From NCBI GenBank assembly GCA_964016885.1, contig OZ024741.1, positions 256,432,001-256,496,000 of the forward strand: a stretch of DNA of 64,000 nucleotides, read 5' to 3'. A program made the position numbers and the translations under genes. This DNA is from Eledone cirrhosa. Lineage: Eukaryota. The notes under the pieces are model-generated. The model saw only the letters and a list, made by a program, of their open reading frames with translations. It did not search any database and was not told the origin of the DNA. Below are positions 26,066 to 39,636 of this stretch, piece by piece; positions within the stretch are counted from its first letter, which is position 1; each line of letters starts with the position of its first letter.

Positions 26066-28177
26066 GTTTCGCTTTACGAGTGTTTCGACTTACGAGTGTT
26101 TCGACATACGAGTGTTTCGACTTCCGAATGTTTTTGCTTACGGGTGTTTCGACTTACGAATGTTTCGGCTTACGAGTGTTTCGGCTTACGTCTGTTCCGA
26201 CTTAGGAGTGTTTTGGCTTACGGGTATTTCCGGCTTACGAGTGTTTCGACTTACGAGTGTTTCGACTTTAGAGTGTTTTGACTTACGGTGTTTCGGCTTA
26301 CGAGTGATTCGACTTACGAGTGTTTTGACTTACGGGTGTTTTGACTTACGGGTGTTGTGAATTACCAGTGTTCCGATTTACGAGTGTTTTGACTTACGGT
26401 GTTACGGTTTGCGAGTGTTTCGACTTACGAGTGTTTCGGCTTATGAGTGTTTCGACTTACTAATGTTTTTACTTACGAGTGTTTCGGCGTACGAGTGTTT
26501 TGACTTACGAGTGTTTCGACTTACGAGTGTTTTGACTTACGAATGTTTTGACTTACGGGTGTTTCGGCTTACGAGTGTTTCGACTTACGAGTGTTTCGGC
26601 TTGCGAGTGTTTCGACTTACTAATGTTTTTACTTACGAGTGTTTCGGCGTACGAGTGTTTCGACTTACGAGTGTTTCGACTTACGGGTGTTTTGACTTAC
26701 GGGTGTTTCGGCTTACGAGTGTTTCGACTTACGAGTGTTTTGACTTAAGGGTGTTTCGACATACGAGTGTTTCGACTTACGAGTGTTTCGACTTACGAGT
26801 GTTTCGGATTACGAGTGTTTTGACTTCAGGGTGTTTCGATACGAGTGTTTCGACTTACGAGTGTTCTGACTTTCGAGTATTCTGATTTACGGATGTTTCG
26901 ACACACGAGTGTTTCGAATTACGAGTGTTTCGACTTACGAGTGCTTTGACTTACGGGTGTTTTGACATACGAGTGTTTCGACACGAGTGTTTCGACTTAT
27001 GAGTGTTTCGACTTACGAGTGTTCTGACTTACGAGTGTTCTGATTTACGGATGTTTCGACACACGAGTGTTTCGATACGAGTGTTTCGACTTACGAGTGT
27101 TTCGACTTATGAGTGTTTCGACTTACGAGTGTTCTGACTTACGAGTGTTCTGACTTACGAGTGTTCCGACTTACGAGTGTTTCGGTTTACGAGTGTTTCG
27201 ACATACGAGTGTTTTGACTTACGGGTGTTTCGACTTACGGGTGTTTCGACTTACGAGTGTTTTGGCTTACGAGTGTTTCGACTTACTAATGTTTTTACTT
27301 ACCAGTGTTTCGGTGTACGAATGTTTTGACTTAAGGATGTTTCGACTTACGAGTGTTTCGACTTACGAGTGTTTCGGCTTACGTGAGTTTCGACTTAAGA
27401 GTGTTCTGATTTACGAGTGTTCTGACTTACGAGTGTTTCGGCTTATGAGTGTTTCGACTTACGAGTGTTTCGGCTTACGAGTGTTTCGACTTATGGGTGT
27501 TTCGACTTACGAGTGTTTTTACTTACGGTGTTTCGGCTTACGAGTGTTTCGACATACGAGTGTTTTGACTTACGGGTGTTTCGGCTTACGAGTGTTTCGA
27601 CTTACGAGTGTTTCGGCTTACGAGTGTTTCGACTTACTAATGTTTTTACTTACGAGTGTTTCGGCGTACGAGAGTTTTGACTTACGAGTGTTTCGACTTA
27701 CGAGTGTTTTGACTTACGAATGTTTTGACTTACGGGTGTTTCGGCTTATGAGTGTTTCGACTTACGAGTGTTTCGGCTTACGAGTGTTTCGACTTACTAA
27801 TGTTTTTACTTACGAGTGTTTCGGCGTACGAGTGTTTCGACTTACGAGTGTTTCGACTTACGGGTGTTTTGACTTACGGGTGTTTCGACTTACGAGTATT
27901 TTTGGCTTACGAGTGTTTCGACTTACGAGTGTTTTGACTTACGAGTGTTCTGATTTACGGATGTTTCGACATACGAGTGTTTCGACATACGAGTGTTTCG
28001 ACTTATGAGTGTTTCGACTTACGAGTGTTTCGGCTTACGAGTGTTTCGACTTACGAGTGTTTTGACTTACGGTGTTTCGGCTTACGAGTGTTTCGACTTA
28101 CGAGTGTTTTGACTTACGGGTGTTTTGACATACGAGTGTTTCGATACGAGTGTTCTGACTTACGAGTGTTCTGACTT

Positions 28178-31100
28178 ACGAGTGTTTTGACTTACGAGTG
28201 TTCTGACTTACGAGTGTTCCGACTTACGAGTGTTCCGACTTACGAGTGTTTCGGCTTACGAGTGTTTCCGGCTTACGAGTGTTTCGACTTCCGAGTGTTT
28301 TGACTTACGGGTGATTTGACTTACGGGTGTTGTGAATTACGAGTGTTCCGATTTACGCGTGTTTTGACTTACGGTGTTTCGGCTTACGAGTGATTCGACT
28401 TACGAATGTTTTGAGTTACGGGTGTTTCGGCTTGCGAGTGTTTCGACTTACGAGTGTTTCGGCTTATGGGTGTTTCGACTTACTAATGTTTTTACTTACG
28501 AGTGTTTCGGCGTACGAGTGTTTCGACTTACGAGTGTTTCGACTTACGAGTGTTTCGGCTTACGTGAGTTTCGACTTACTAATGTTTTTACTTACGAGTG
28601 TTTCGGCGTACGAGTGTTTCGACTTACGAGTGTTTCGACTTACGGGTGTTTTGACTTACGGGTGTTTCGGCTTACGAGTGTTTCGACTTACGAGTGTTTT
28701 GACTTACGGGTGTTTCGACTTACGAGTATTTTTGGCTTACGAGTGTTTCGACTTACGAGTGTTTTGACTTACGAGTGTTCTGATTTACGGATGTTTCGAC
28801 ATACGAGTGTTTCGACATACGAGTGTTTCGACTTATGAGTGTTTCGACTTACGAGTGTTTCGGCTTACGAGTGTTTCGACTTACGAGTGTTTTGAGTTAC
28901 GGTGTTTCGGCTTACGAGTGTTTCGACTTACGAGTGTTTTGACTTACGGGTGTTTTGACATACGAGTGTTTCGATACGAGTGTTCTGACTTACGAGTGTT
29001 CTGACTTACGAGTGTTTTGACTTACGAGTGTTCTGACTTACGAGTGTTCCGACTTACGAGTGTTCCGACTTACGAGTGTTTCGGCTTACGAGTGTTTCCG
29101 GCTTACGAGTGTTTCGACTTCCGAGTGTTTTGACTTACGGGTGATTTGACTTACGGGTGTTGTGAATTACGAGTGTTCCGATTTACGAGTGTTTTGACTT
29201 ACGGTGTTTCGGCTTACGAGTGATTCGACTTACGAATGTTTTGAGTTACGGGTGTTTCGGCTTGCGAGTGTTTCGACTTACGAGTGTTTCGGCTTATGGG
29301 TGTTTCGACTTACTAATGTTTTTACTTACGAGTGTTTCGGCGTACGAGTGTTTCGACTTACGAGTGTTTCGACTTACGAGTGTTTCGGCTTACGTGAGTT
29401 TCGACTTAAGAGTGTTCTGATTTACGAGTGTTCTGACTTGCGGGTGTTCTGATTTACGAGTGTTCCGACTTACGAGTGCTTCGGCTTATTAGTGTTTCGA
29501 CTTACGAGTGTTTCGGCTTACGAGTGTTTCGACTTATGGGTGTTTCGACTTACGAGTGTTTTTACTTACGGTGTTTCGGCTTACGAGTGTTTCGACATAC
29601 GAGTGTTTTGACTTACGGGTGTTTCGACTTACGAGTGTTTTGACTTACGAATGTTTTGACTTACGGGTGTTTCGGCTTACGAGTGTTTCGACTTACGAGT
29701 GTTTCGGCTTACGAGTGTTTCGACTTACTAATGTTCTTACTTACGAGTGTTTCGGCGTACGAGAGTTTTGACTTACGAGTGTTTCGACTTACGAGTGTTT
29801 CGACTTACGAGTGTTTCGACTTACGAGTGTTTCGGATTACGAGTGTTTTGACTTCAGGGTGTTTCGATACGAGTGTTTTGACTTACGAGTGTTCTGACTT
29901 ACGAGTGTTCCGACTTACGAGTGTTCCGACTTACGAGTGTTTCGGCTTACGAGTGTTTCCGGCTTACGAGTGTTTCGACTTCCGAGTGTTTTGACTTACG
30001 GGTGATTTGACTTACGGGTGTTGTGAATTACGAGTGTTCCGATTTACGAGTGTTTTGACTTACGGTGTTTCGGCTTACGAGTGATTCGACTTACGAATGT
30101 TTTGAGTTACGGGTGTTTCGGCTTGCGAGTGTTTCGACTTACGAGTGTTTCGGCTTATGGGTGTTTCGACTTACTAATGTTTTTACTTACGAGTGTTTCG
30201 GCGTACGAGTGTTTCGACTTACGAGTGTTTCGACTTACGAGTGTTTCGGCTTACGTGAGTTTCGACTTACTAATGTTTTTACTTACGAGTGTTTCGGCGT
30301 ACGAGTGTTTCGACTTACGAGTGTTTCGACTTACGGGTGTTTTGACTTACGGGTGTTTCGGCTTACGAGTGTTTCGACTTACGAGTGTTTTGACTTACGG
30401 GTGTTTCGACTTACGAGTATTTTTGGCTTACGAGTGTTTCGACTTACGAGTGTTTTGACTTACGAGTGTTCTGATTTACGGATGTTTCGACATACGAGTG
30501 TTTCGACATACGAGTGTTTCGACTTATGAGTGTTTCGACTTACGAGTGTTTCGGCTTACGAGTGTTTCGACTTACGAGTGTTTTGACTTACGGTGTTTCG
30601 GCTTACGAGTGTTTCGACTTACGAGTGTTTTGACTTACGGGTGTTTTGACATACGAGTGTTTCGATACGAGTGTTCTGACTTACGAGTGTTCTGACTTAC
30701 GAGTGTTTTGACTTACGAGTGTTCTGACTTACGAGTGTTCCGACTTACGAGTGTTCCGACTTACGAGTGTTTCGGCTTACGAGTGTTTCCGGCTTACGAG
30801 TGTTTCGACTTCCGAGTGTTTTGACTTACGGGTGATTTGACTTACGGGTGTTGTGAATTACGAGTGTTCCGATTTACGAGTGTTTTGACTTACGGTGTTT
30901 CGGCTTACGAGTGATTCGACTTACGAATGTTTTGAGTTACGGGTGTTTCGGCTTGCGAGTGTTTCGACTTACGAGTGTTTCGGCTTATGGGTGTTTCGAC
31001 TTACTAATGTTTTTACTTACGAGTGTTTCGGCGTACGAGTGTTTCGACTTACGAGTGTTTCGACTTACGAGTGTTTCGGCTTACGTGAGTTTCGACTTAA

Positions 31101-31559
31101 GAGTGTTCTGATTTACGAGTGTTCTGACTTGCGGGTGTTCTGATTTACGAGTGTTCCGACTTACGAGTGCTTCGGCTTATTAGTGTTTCGACTTACGAGT
31201 GTTTCGGCTTACGAGTGTTTCGACTTATGGGTGTTTCGACTTACGAGTGTTTTTACTTACGGTGTTTCGGCTTACGAGTGTTTCGACATACGAGTGTTTT
31301 GACTTACGGGTGTTTCGACTTACGAGTGTTTTGACTTACGAATGTTTTGACTTACGGGTGTTTCGGCTTACGAGTGTTTCGACTTACGAGTGTTTCGGCT
31401 TACGAGTGTTTCGACTTACTAATGTTCTTACTTACGAGTGTTTCGGCGTACGAGAGTTTTGACTTACGAGTGTTTCGACTTACGAGTGTTTCGACTTACG
31501 AGTGTTTCGACTTACGAGTGTTTCGGATTACGAGTGTTTTGACTTCAGGGTGTTTCGAT
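28178..31559 (+). repeat. Tandem duplication of a 1,691-bp block containing an internal 830-bp repeat
   Basis: Markers 28374/30065, 28807/30498, 29204/30895, 29508/31199 and 29656/31347 (offset 1,691); 28374/29204 and 27977/28807 (offset 830). Confidence 0.88.
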
Positions 31560-34500
31560 ACGAGTGTTTCGACTTACGAGTGTTCTGACTTTCGAGTATT
31601 CTGATTTACGGATGTTTCGACACACGAGTGTTTCGAATTACGAGTGTTTCGACTTACGAGTGTTTTGACTTACGGGTGTTTTGACATACGAGTGTTTCGA
31701 CACGAGTGTTTCGACTTATGAGTGTTTCGACTTACGAGTGTTCTGACTTACGAGTGTTCTGACTTACGAGTGTTCTGATTTACGGATGTTTCGACACACG
31801 AGTGTTTCGAATTACGAGTGTTTCGACTTACGAGTGTTTTGACTTACGGGTGTTTCGATACGAGTGTTTCGACTTACGAGTGTTTCGACTTATGAGTGTT
31901 TCGACTTACGAGTGTTCTGACTTACGAGTGTTCTGACTTACGAGTGTTCCGACTTACGAGTGTTTCGGTTTACGAGTGTTTCGACATACGAGTGTTTTGA
32001 CTTACGGGTGTTTCGACTTACGGGTGTTTCGACTTACGAGTGTTTTGGCTTACGAGTGTTTCGACTTACTAATGTTTTTACTTACCAGTGTTTCGGTGTA
32101 CGAATGTTTTGACTTAAGGATGTTTCGACTTACGAGTGTTTCGGCTTACGTGAGTTTCGACTTAAGAGTGTTCTGATTTACGAGTGTTCTGACTTACGAG
32201 TGTTTCGGCTTATGAGTGTTTCGACTTACGAGTGTTTCGGCTTACGAGTGTTTCGACTTATGGGTGTTTCGACTTACGAGTGTTTTTACTTACGGTGTTT
32301 CGGCTTAAGAGTGTTTCGACATACGAGTGTTTTGACTTACGGGTGTTTCGGCTTACGAGTGTTTCGACTTACGAGTGTTTCGGCTTACGAGTGTTTCGAC
32401 TTACTAATGTTTTTACTTACGAGTGTTTCGGCGTACGAGAGTTTTGACTTACGAGTGTTTCGACTTACGAGTGTTTTGACTTACGAATGTTTTGACTTAC
32501 GGGTGTTTCGGCTTATGAGTGTTTCGACTTACGAGTGTTTCGGCGTACGAGTGTTTCGACTTACTAATGTTTTTACTTACGAGTGTTTCGGCGTACGAGT
32601 GTTTCGACTTACGAGTGTTTCGACTTACGGGTGTTTTGACTTACGGGTGTTTCGGCTTACGAGTGTTTCGACTAACGAGTGTTTTGACTTACGGGTGTTT
32701 CGACTTACGAGTATTTTTGGCTTACGAGTGTTTCGACTTACGAGTGTTTTGACTTACGAGTGTTCTGATTTACGGATGTTTCGACATACGAGTGTTTCGA
32801 CATACGAGTGTTTCGACTTATGAGTGTTTCGACTTACGAGTGTTTCGGCTTACGAGTGTTTCGACTTACGAGTGTTTTGACTTACGGTGTTTCGGCTTAC
32901 GAGTGTTTCGACTTACGAGTGTTTTGACTTACGGGTGTTTTGACATACGAGTGTTTCGTTACGAGTGTTCTGACTTACGAGTGTTCTGACTTACGAGTGT
33001 TTTGACTTACGAGTGTTCTGACTTACGAGTGATCCGACTTACGAGTGTTCCGACTTACGAGTGTTTCGGCTTACGAGTGTTTCCGGCTTACGAGTGTTTC
33101 GACTTCCGAGTGTTTTGACTTACGGGTGATTTGACTTACGGGTGTTGTGAATTACGAGTGTTCCGATTTACGAGTGTTTTGACTTACGGTGTTTCGGCTT
33201 ACGCGTGATTCGACTTACGAATGTTTTGACTTACGGGTGTTTCGGCTTGCGAGTGTTTCGACTTACGAGTGTTTCGGCTTATGGGTGTTTCGACTTACTA
33301 ATGTTTTTACTTACGAGTGTTTCGGCGTACGAGTGTTTTGACTTACGAGTGTTTCGACTTACGAGTGTTTCGACTTACGAGTGTTTCGGCTTACGTGAGT
33401 TTCGACTTAAGAGTGTTCTGATTTACGAGTGTTCTGACTTGCGGGTGTTCTGATTTACGAGTGTTCCGACTTACGAGTGCTTCGGCTTATTAGTGTTTCG
33501 ACTTACGAGTGTTTCGGCTTACGAGTGTTTCGACTTATGGGTGTTTCGACTTACGAGTGTTTTTACTTACGGTGTTTCGGCTTACGAGTGTTTCGACATA
33601 CGAGTGTTTTGACTTACGGGTGTTTCGACTTACGAGTGTTTTGACTTACGAATGTTTTGACTTACGGGTGTTTCGGCTTACGAGTGTTTCGACTTACGAG
33701 TGTTTCGGCTTACGAGTGTTTCGACTTACTAATGTTCTTACTTACGAGTGTTTCGGCGTACGAGAGTTTTGACTTACGAGTGTTTCGACTTACGAGTGTT
33801 TCGACTTACGAGTGTTTTGACTTACGAATGTTTTGACTTACGGGTGTTTCGGCTTACGAGTGTTTCGACTTACGAGTCTTTCGGCTTACGAGTGTTTCGA
33901 CTTACTAATGTTTTTACTTACGAGTGTTTCGGCGTACGAGTGTTTCGACTTACGAGTGTTTCGACTTACGGGTGTTTTGACTTACGGGTGTTTCGGCTTA
34001 CGAGTGTTTTGACTTACGAGTGTTTTGACTTAAGGGTGTTTCGACTTACGAGTATTTTTGGCTTACGAGTGTTTCGACTTACGAGTGTTTTGACTTACGA
34101 GTGTTCTGATTTACGGATGTTTCGACATACGAGTGTTTCGACTTACGAGTGTTTCGACTTATGAGTGTTTCGACTTACGAGTGTTTCGGCTTATGAGTGT
34201 TTCGACTTACGAGTGCTTCGGCTTACGAGTGTTTCGACTTACGAGTATTTCGGCTTACGAGTGTTTCGACGTACGAATGTTTTGGCTTACGAGTGTTTCG
34301 GCTTATGAGTGTTTCGGCTTACGAGTGTTTCGACTTACGAGTGTTTCGGCTTACGAGTGTTTCAGTGTTTCGGCTTACGTGTGTTTCGACTTACGAGTGT
34401 TTCGACTTACGACTGTTTCGGCTTACGAGTGTTTCGGCTTACGAGTGTTTCGGCTTACGAGTGTTTTGACTTACGAGTGTTTTGACTTACGATTGTTTGG

Positions 34501-37089
34501 CTTACGAGTGTTCTGACTTGCGGGTGTTCTGATTTACGAGTGTTCCGACTTACGAGTGTTTCGGCTTATTAGTGTTTCGGCTTACGAGTGTTTCGACTTA
34601 CTAATGTTCTTACTTACGAGTGTTTCGGCGTACGAGAGTTTTGACTTACGAGTGTTTCGACTTACGAGTGTTTCGACTTACGAGTGTTTTGACTTACGAA
34701 TGTTTTGACTTACGGGTGCTTCGGCTTACGAGTGTTTCGACTTACGAGTCTTTCGGCTTACGAGTGTTTCGGCGTACGAGTGTTTCGACTTACGTGTGTT
34801 TCGACTTACGTGTGTTTCGACTTACGGATGTTTTGTCTTACGGGTGTTTCGGCTTACGAGTGTTTTGACTTACGAGTGTTTTGACTTAAGGGTGTTTCGA
34901 CTTACGAGTATTTTTGGCTTACGAGTGTTTCGACTTACGAGTGTTTTGAATTACGAATGTTCTGATTTACGGATGTTTCGACATACGAGTGTTTCGACTT
35001 ACGAGTGTTTCGACTTATGAGTGTTTCGACTTACGAGTGTTTCGACTTACGAGTGTTTCGGCTTATGAGTGTTTCGACTTACGAGTGTTTTGACTTACGG
35101 TGTTTCGGCTTACGAGTGTTTCGACTTACGAGTGTTTTGACTTACGGGTGTTTTGACATACGAGTGTTTCGATACGAGTGTTCTGACTTACGAGGGTTCT
35201 GACTTACGTGTGTTTTGACTTACGAGTGTTCTGACTTACGAGTGTTCCGACTTACGAGTGTTCCGACTTAAGAGTGTTTCGGCTTACGAGTGTTTCCGGC
35301 TTACGAGTGTTTCGACTTACGAGTGTTTTGACTTACGGGTGTTGTGAATTACGGGTGTTGTGAATTACGAGTGTTCCGATTTACGAGTGTTTCGGCTTAT
35401 GAGTGTTTCGACTTACGAGTGTTTCGGCTTACGAGTGTTTCGACTTATGGGTGTTTCGACTTACGAGTGTTTTTACTTACGGTGTTTCGGCTTACGAGTG
35501 TTTCGACATACGAGTGTTCAGACTTACGAGTGTTCCGACTTACGAGCGTTCCGACTTACGAGTGTTTTGTCTTACGGGTGTTGTGAATTACGGGTGTTGT
35601 GAATTACGAGTGTTTCGGCGTATGAGTGTTTTGACTTACGAGTGTTTCGACTTACGAGTGTTTCGACTTCCGAGTGTTTCGAATTACGAGTGTTTCGACT
35701 TACGAGTGTTTTGACTTACGAGTGTTTTGACTTCGGTGTTTCTGCTTACGAGTGTTTCGACTTACGAGTGTTATGACTTACGGGTGTTTTCACATACGAG
35801 TGTTTCGACTTACGAGTGTTTTGACTTACGGGTGTTTTGACATACGAGTGTTTCGATACGAGTGTTCTGACTTACGAGTGTTCTGACTTACGAGTGTTTC
35901 GACATACGAGTGTTTTGACTTACGGGTGTTTCGACTTACGAGTGTTTTCACTTACGAATGTTTTGACTTACGGGTGTTTCGGCTTACGAGTGTTTCGACT
36001 TACGAGTGTTTCGGCTTACGAGTGTTTCGATTTACTAATATTTTTACTTACGAGTGTTTCGGCGTACGAGAGTTTTGACTTACGAGTGTTTCGACTTACG
36101 AGTGTTTCGACTTACGAGTATTTTGCCTTACGAATGTTTTGACTTACGGGTGTTTCGGCTTACGAGTGTTTCGACTTACGAGTCTTTCGGCTTACGAGTG
36201 TTTCGACTTACTAATGTTTTTACTTACGAGTGTTTCGGCGTACGAGTGTTTCGACATCCGAGTGTTTCGACTTACGGGTGTTTTGACTTACGGGTGTATC
36301 GGCTTACGAGTGTTTTGACTTACGAGTGTTTTGACTTAAGGGTGTTTCGACTTACGAGTATTTTTGGCTTACGAGTGATTCGACTTACGAGTGTTTTGAC
36401 TTACGAGTCTTCTGATTTACGGATGTTTCGACATACGAGTGTTTCGACTTACGAGTGTTTCGACTTATGAGTGTTTCGACTTACGAGTGTTTCGACTTAC
36501 GAGTGTTTCGGCTTGTGATTGTTTCGACTTACGAGTGTTTTGACTTACGGTGTTTCAGCTTACGAGTGTTTCGACTTACGAGTGTTTTGACTTACGGGTG
36601 TTTTGACATACGAGTGTTTCGATACGAGTGTTCTGACTTACGAGTGTTCTGACTTACGAGTGTTTTGACTTACGAGTGTTCTGACTTACGAGTGTTCCGA
36701 CTTACGAGTGTTCCGACTTACGAGTGTTTCGGCTTACGAGTGTTTTGACTTAAGGGTGTTTCGACTTACGAGTGTTTCGATACGAGTGTTTCGACTTACG
36801 AGTGTTTCGGCTTACGAGTGTTTCGACTTACGAGTGTTTCGACTTACGAGTGTTCCGACTTACGGGTGTTTCGACTTACGAGTGTTTTGGCTTACGTTGT
36901 TTCGACTTACGAGTGTTTCGAGTTAAGAGTGTTTTGACTTACGAGTGTTCTGATTTACGAGTGTTCTGACTTACGAGTGTTCTGACTTACGAGTGTTCTG
37001 ACTTACGAGTGTTCTGACTTACGAGTGTTCCGACTTTACGAGTGTTTCGGCTCACGAGTGTTTCGGCTTACGAGTGTTTCGACTTACGA

Positions 37090-37158
37090 AAATAACAAAT
37101 AGACGCGGTTTCAAATCTCTATGCTTTTCAAATTCATTACATTAATCTTTATTTATAC
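37090..37158. repeat. 69-bp AT-rich insert, copy 11
   Basis: Identical to copy 1. Confidence 0.97.
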
Positions 37159-37922
37159 GTTTCGCTTTACGAGTGTTTCGACTTACGAGTGTTTCGACAT
37201 AAGAGTGTTTCGACTTACGAATGTTTTTGCTTACGGGTGTTTCGACTTACGAATGTTTTTGCTTACGAGTGTTTCGGTTTACGAGTGTTCCGACTTACGA
37301 GTGTTCCGACTTACGAGTGTTTCGGCTTACGAGTGTTTCCGGCTTACGAGTGTTTCAACTTACGAGTGTTCTGACTTACGAGTGTTCTGATTTACGGATG
37401 TTTCGACACACGAGTGTTTTGAATTACGAGTGTTTCGACTTACGAGTGTTTTGACTTACGGGTGTTTTGACATACGAGTGTTTCGATACGAGTGTTTCGA
37501 CTTACGAGTGTTCTGACTTACGAGTGTTCTGACTTACGAGTGTTCTGACTTACGAGTGTTTTTACTTACGAGTGTTCCGACTTACGAGTGTTCCGACTTA
37601 CGAGTGTTTCGGCTTACGAGTGTTTCGGCTTACGAGTGTTTCGACTTACGAATGTTTCGACTTACGAGTGTTCCGACTTACGGGTGTTTCGACTTACGAG
37701 TGTTTCTGTGTACGAGTGTTTCGGCTTACGAGTGTTTCGAGTTACGAGTGTTTTGACTTACACGTGTTTTGACATACGAGTGTTTCGATACGAGTGTTCT
37801 GACTTACGAGTGTTCTGACTTACGAGTGTTCTGACTTACGAGTGTTCTGACTTACGAGTGTTCCGACTTTACGAGTGTTTCGGCTCACGAGTGTTTCGGC
37901 TTACGAGTGTTTCGACTTACGA

Positions 37923-37991
37923 AAATAACAAATAGACGCGGTTTCAAATCTCTATGCTTTTCAAATTCATTACATTAATCTTTATTTATAC
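37923..37991. repeat. 69-bp AT-rich insert, copy 12
   Basis: Identical to copy 1. Confidence 0.97.
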
Positions 37992-39567
37992 GTTTCGCTT
38001 TACGAGTGTTTCGACTTACGAGTGTTTCGACATACGAGTGTTTCGGCTTACGAGTGTTTTGATTTACGAGTGTTTTGACTTACGGGTGCTTCGACTTACG
38101 CGTGTTTCGACTTACGAGTGTTTCGACTTACGAGTGTTTCGACTTACGAGTGTTTCGGCTTACGAGTGTTTTGACTTACGAATGTTTTGACTTACGATTG
38201 TTTCGGCTTACGAGTGTTTCGACTTATGAGTGTTCTGACTACGAGTGTTCTGACTTACGGGTGTTCTGACTTACGAGTGTTCCGACTTACGAGTGTTTCG
38301 GCTTATGAGTGTTTCGACTTACGAGTGCTTCGACTTACGAGTGTTTCGGCTTACGGGTGTTTCGATTTACGAATGTTTTTGCTTACGAGTGTTTCGGCTT
38401 ACGAGTGTTTCGGCTTATGAGTGTTTCGACTTACGAGTGTTTTGACTTACGGGTGTTTTGACATACGAGTGTTTCGATACGATTGTTCTGACTTACGAGT
38501 GTTTCCGCTTACGAGTGTTTCGGCTTACGAGTGTTTCGACTTACTAATGTTTTTACTTACGAGTGTTTCGGTGTACGAGTGTTTCGACTTAAGGATGTTT
38601 CGACTTACGAGTGTTTCGACTTACGAGTGTTTCGACTTACGAGTGTTTCGACTTACGAGTGTTTTGGCTTACGAATGTTTTGACTTACGGGTGTTTCGAC
38701 TTACGAGTGTTTCGGCTTATGAGTGTTTCGACTTACGGGCGTTTCGACTTACGGGTGTTTCGACTTACGAGTGTTTTGTCTTACGAATGTTTTGAATTAC
38801 GGGTGTTTCGACTTACGAGTGTTTCGACTTATGAGTGTTTCGACTTACGAGTGTTTCGGCTTATGAGTGTTTCGACTTACGAGTGCTTCGGCTTACGAGT
38901 GTTTCGACTTACGAGTATTTCGGCTTACGAGTGTTTCGACGTACGAATGTTTTGGCTTACGAGTGTTTCGGCTTATGAGTGTTTCGGCTTACGAGTGTTT
39001 CGACTTACGAGTGTTTCGGCTTGCGAGTGTTTCGACTTACGAGTGTTTCGACTTACGAGTGTTTTGACTTACGGTGTTTCGGCTTACGAGTGTTTCGACA
39101 TACGAGTGTTTTGACGTACGGGTGTTTCGACTTACGGGTCTTTCGACTTAAGAGTGTTTCGACTTACGAGCGCTTCGACTTACGAGTGTTTCGACTTACG
39201 AGTGTTTCGGCGTATGAGTGTTTTGACTTACGAGTGTTTCGAATTACGAGTGTTTCGACTTACGAGTGTTTTGACTTACGAGTGTTTTGACTTACGGTGT
39301 TTCTGCTTACGAGTGTTTCGACTTACGAGTGTTATGACTTACGGGTGTTTTGACATACGAGTGTTTCGACTTACGAGTGTTTTGACTTACGGGTGTTTTG
39401 ACATACGAGTGTTTCGATACGAGTGTTCTGACTTACGAGTGTTCTGACTTACGAGTGTTCTGACTTACGAGTGTTCTGACTTACGAGTGTTCTGACTTAC
39501 GAGTGTTCCGACTTTACGAGTGTTTCGGCTCACGAGTGTTTCGGCTTACGAGTGTTTCGACTTACGA

Positions 39568-39636
39568 AAATAACATATAGACGCGGTTTCAAATCTCTAT
39601 GCTTTTCAAATTCATTACATTAATCTTTATTTATAC
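39568..39636. repeat. 69-bp AT-rich insert, copy 13
   Basis: One change (AACATATAG for AACAAATAG), shared with copy 14. Confidence 0.97.
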
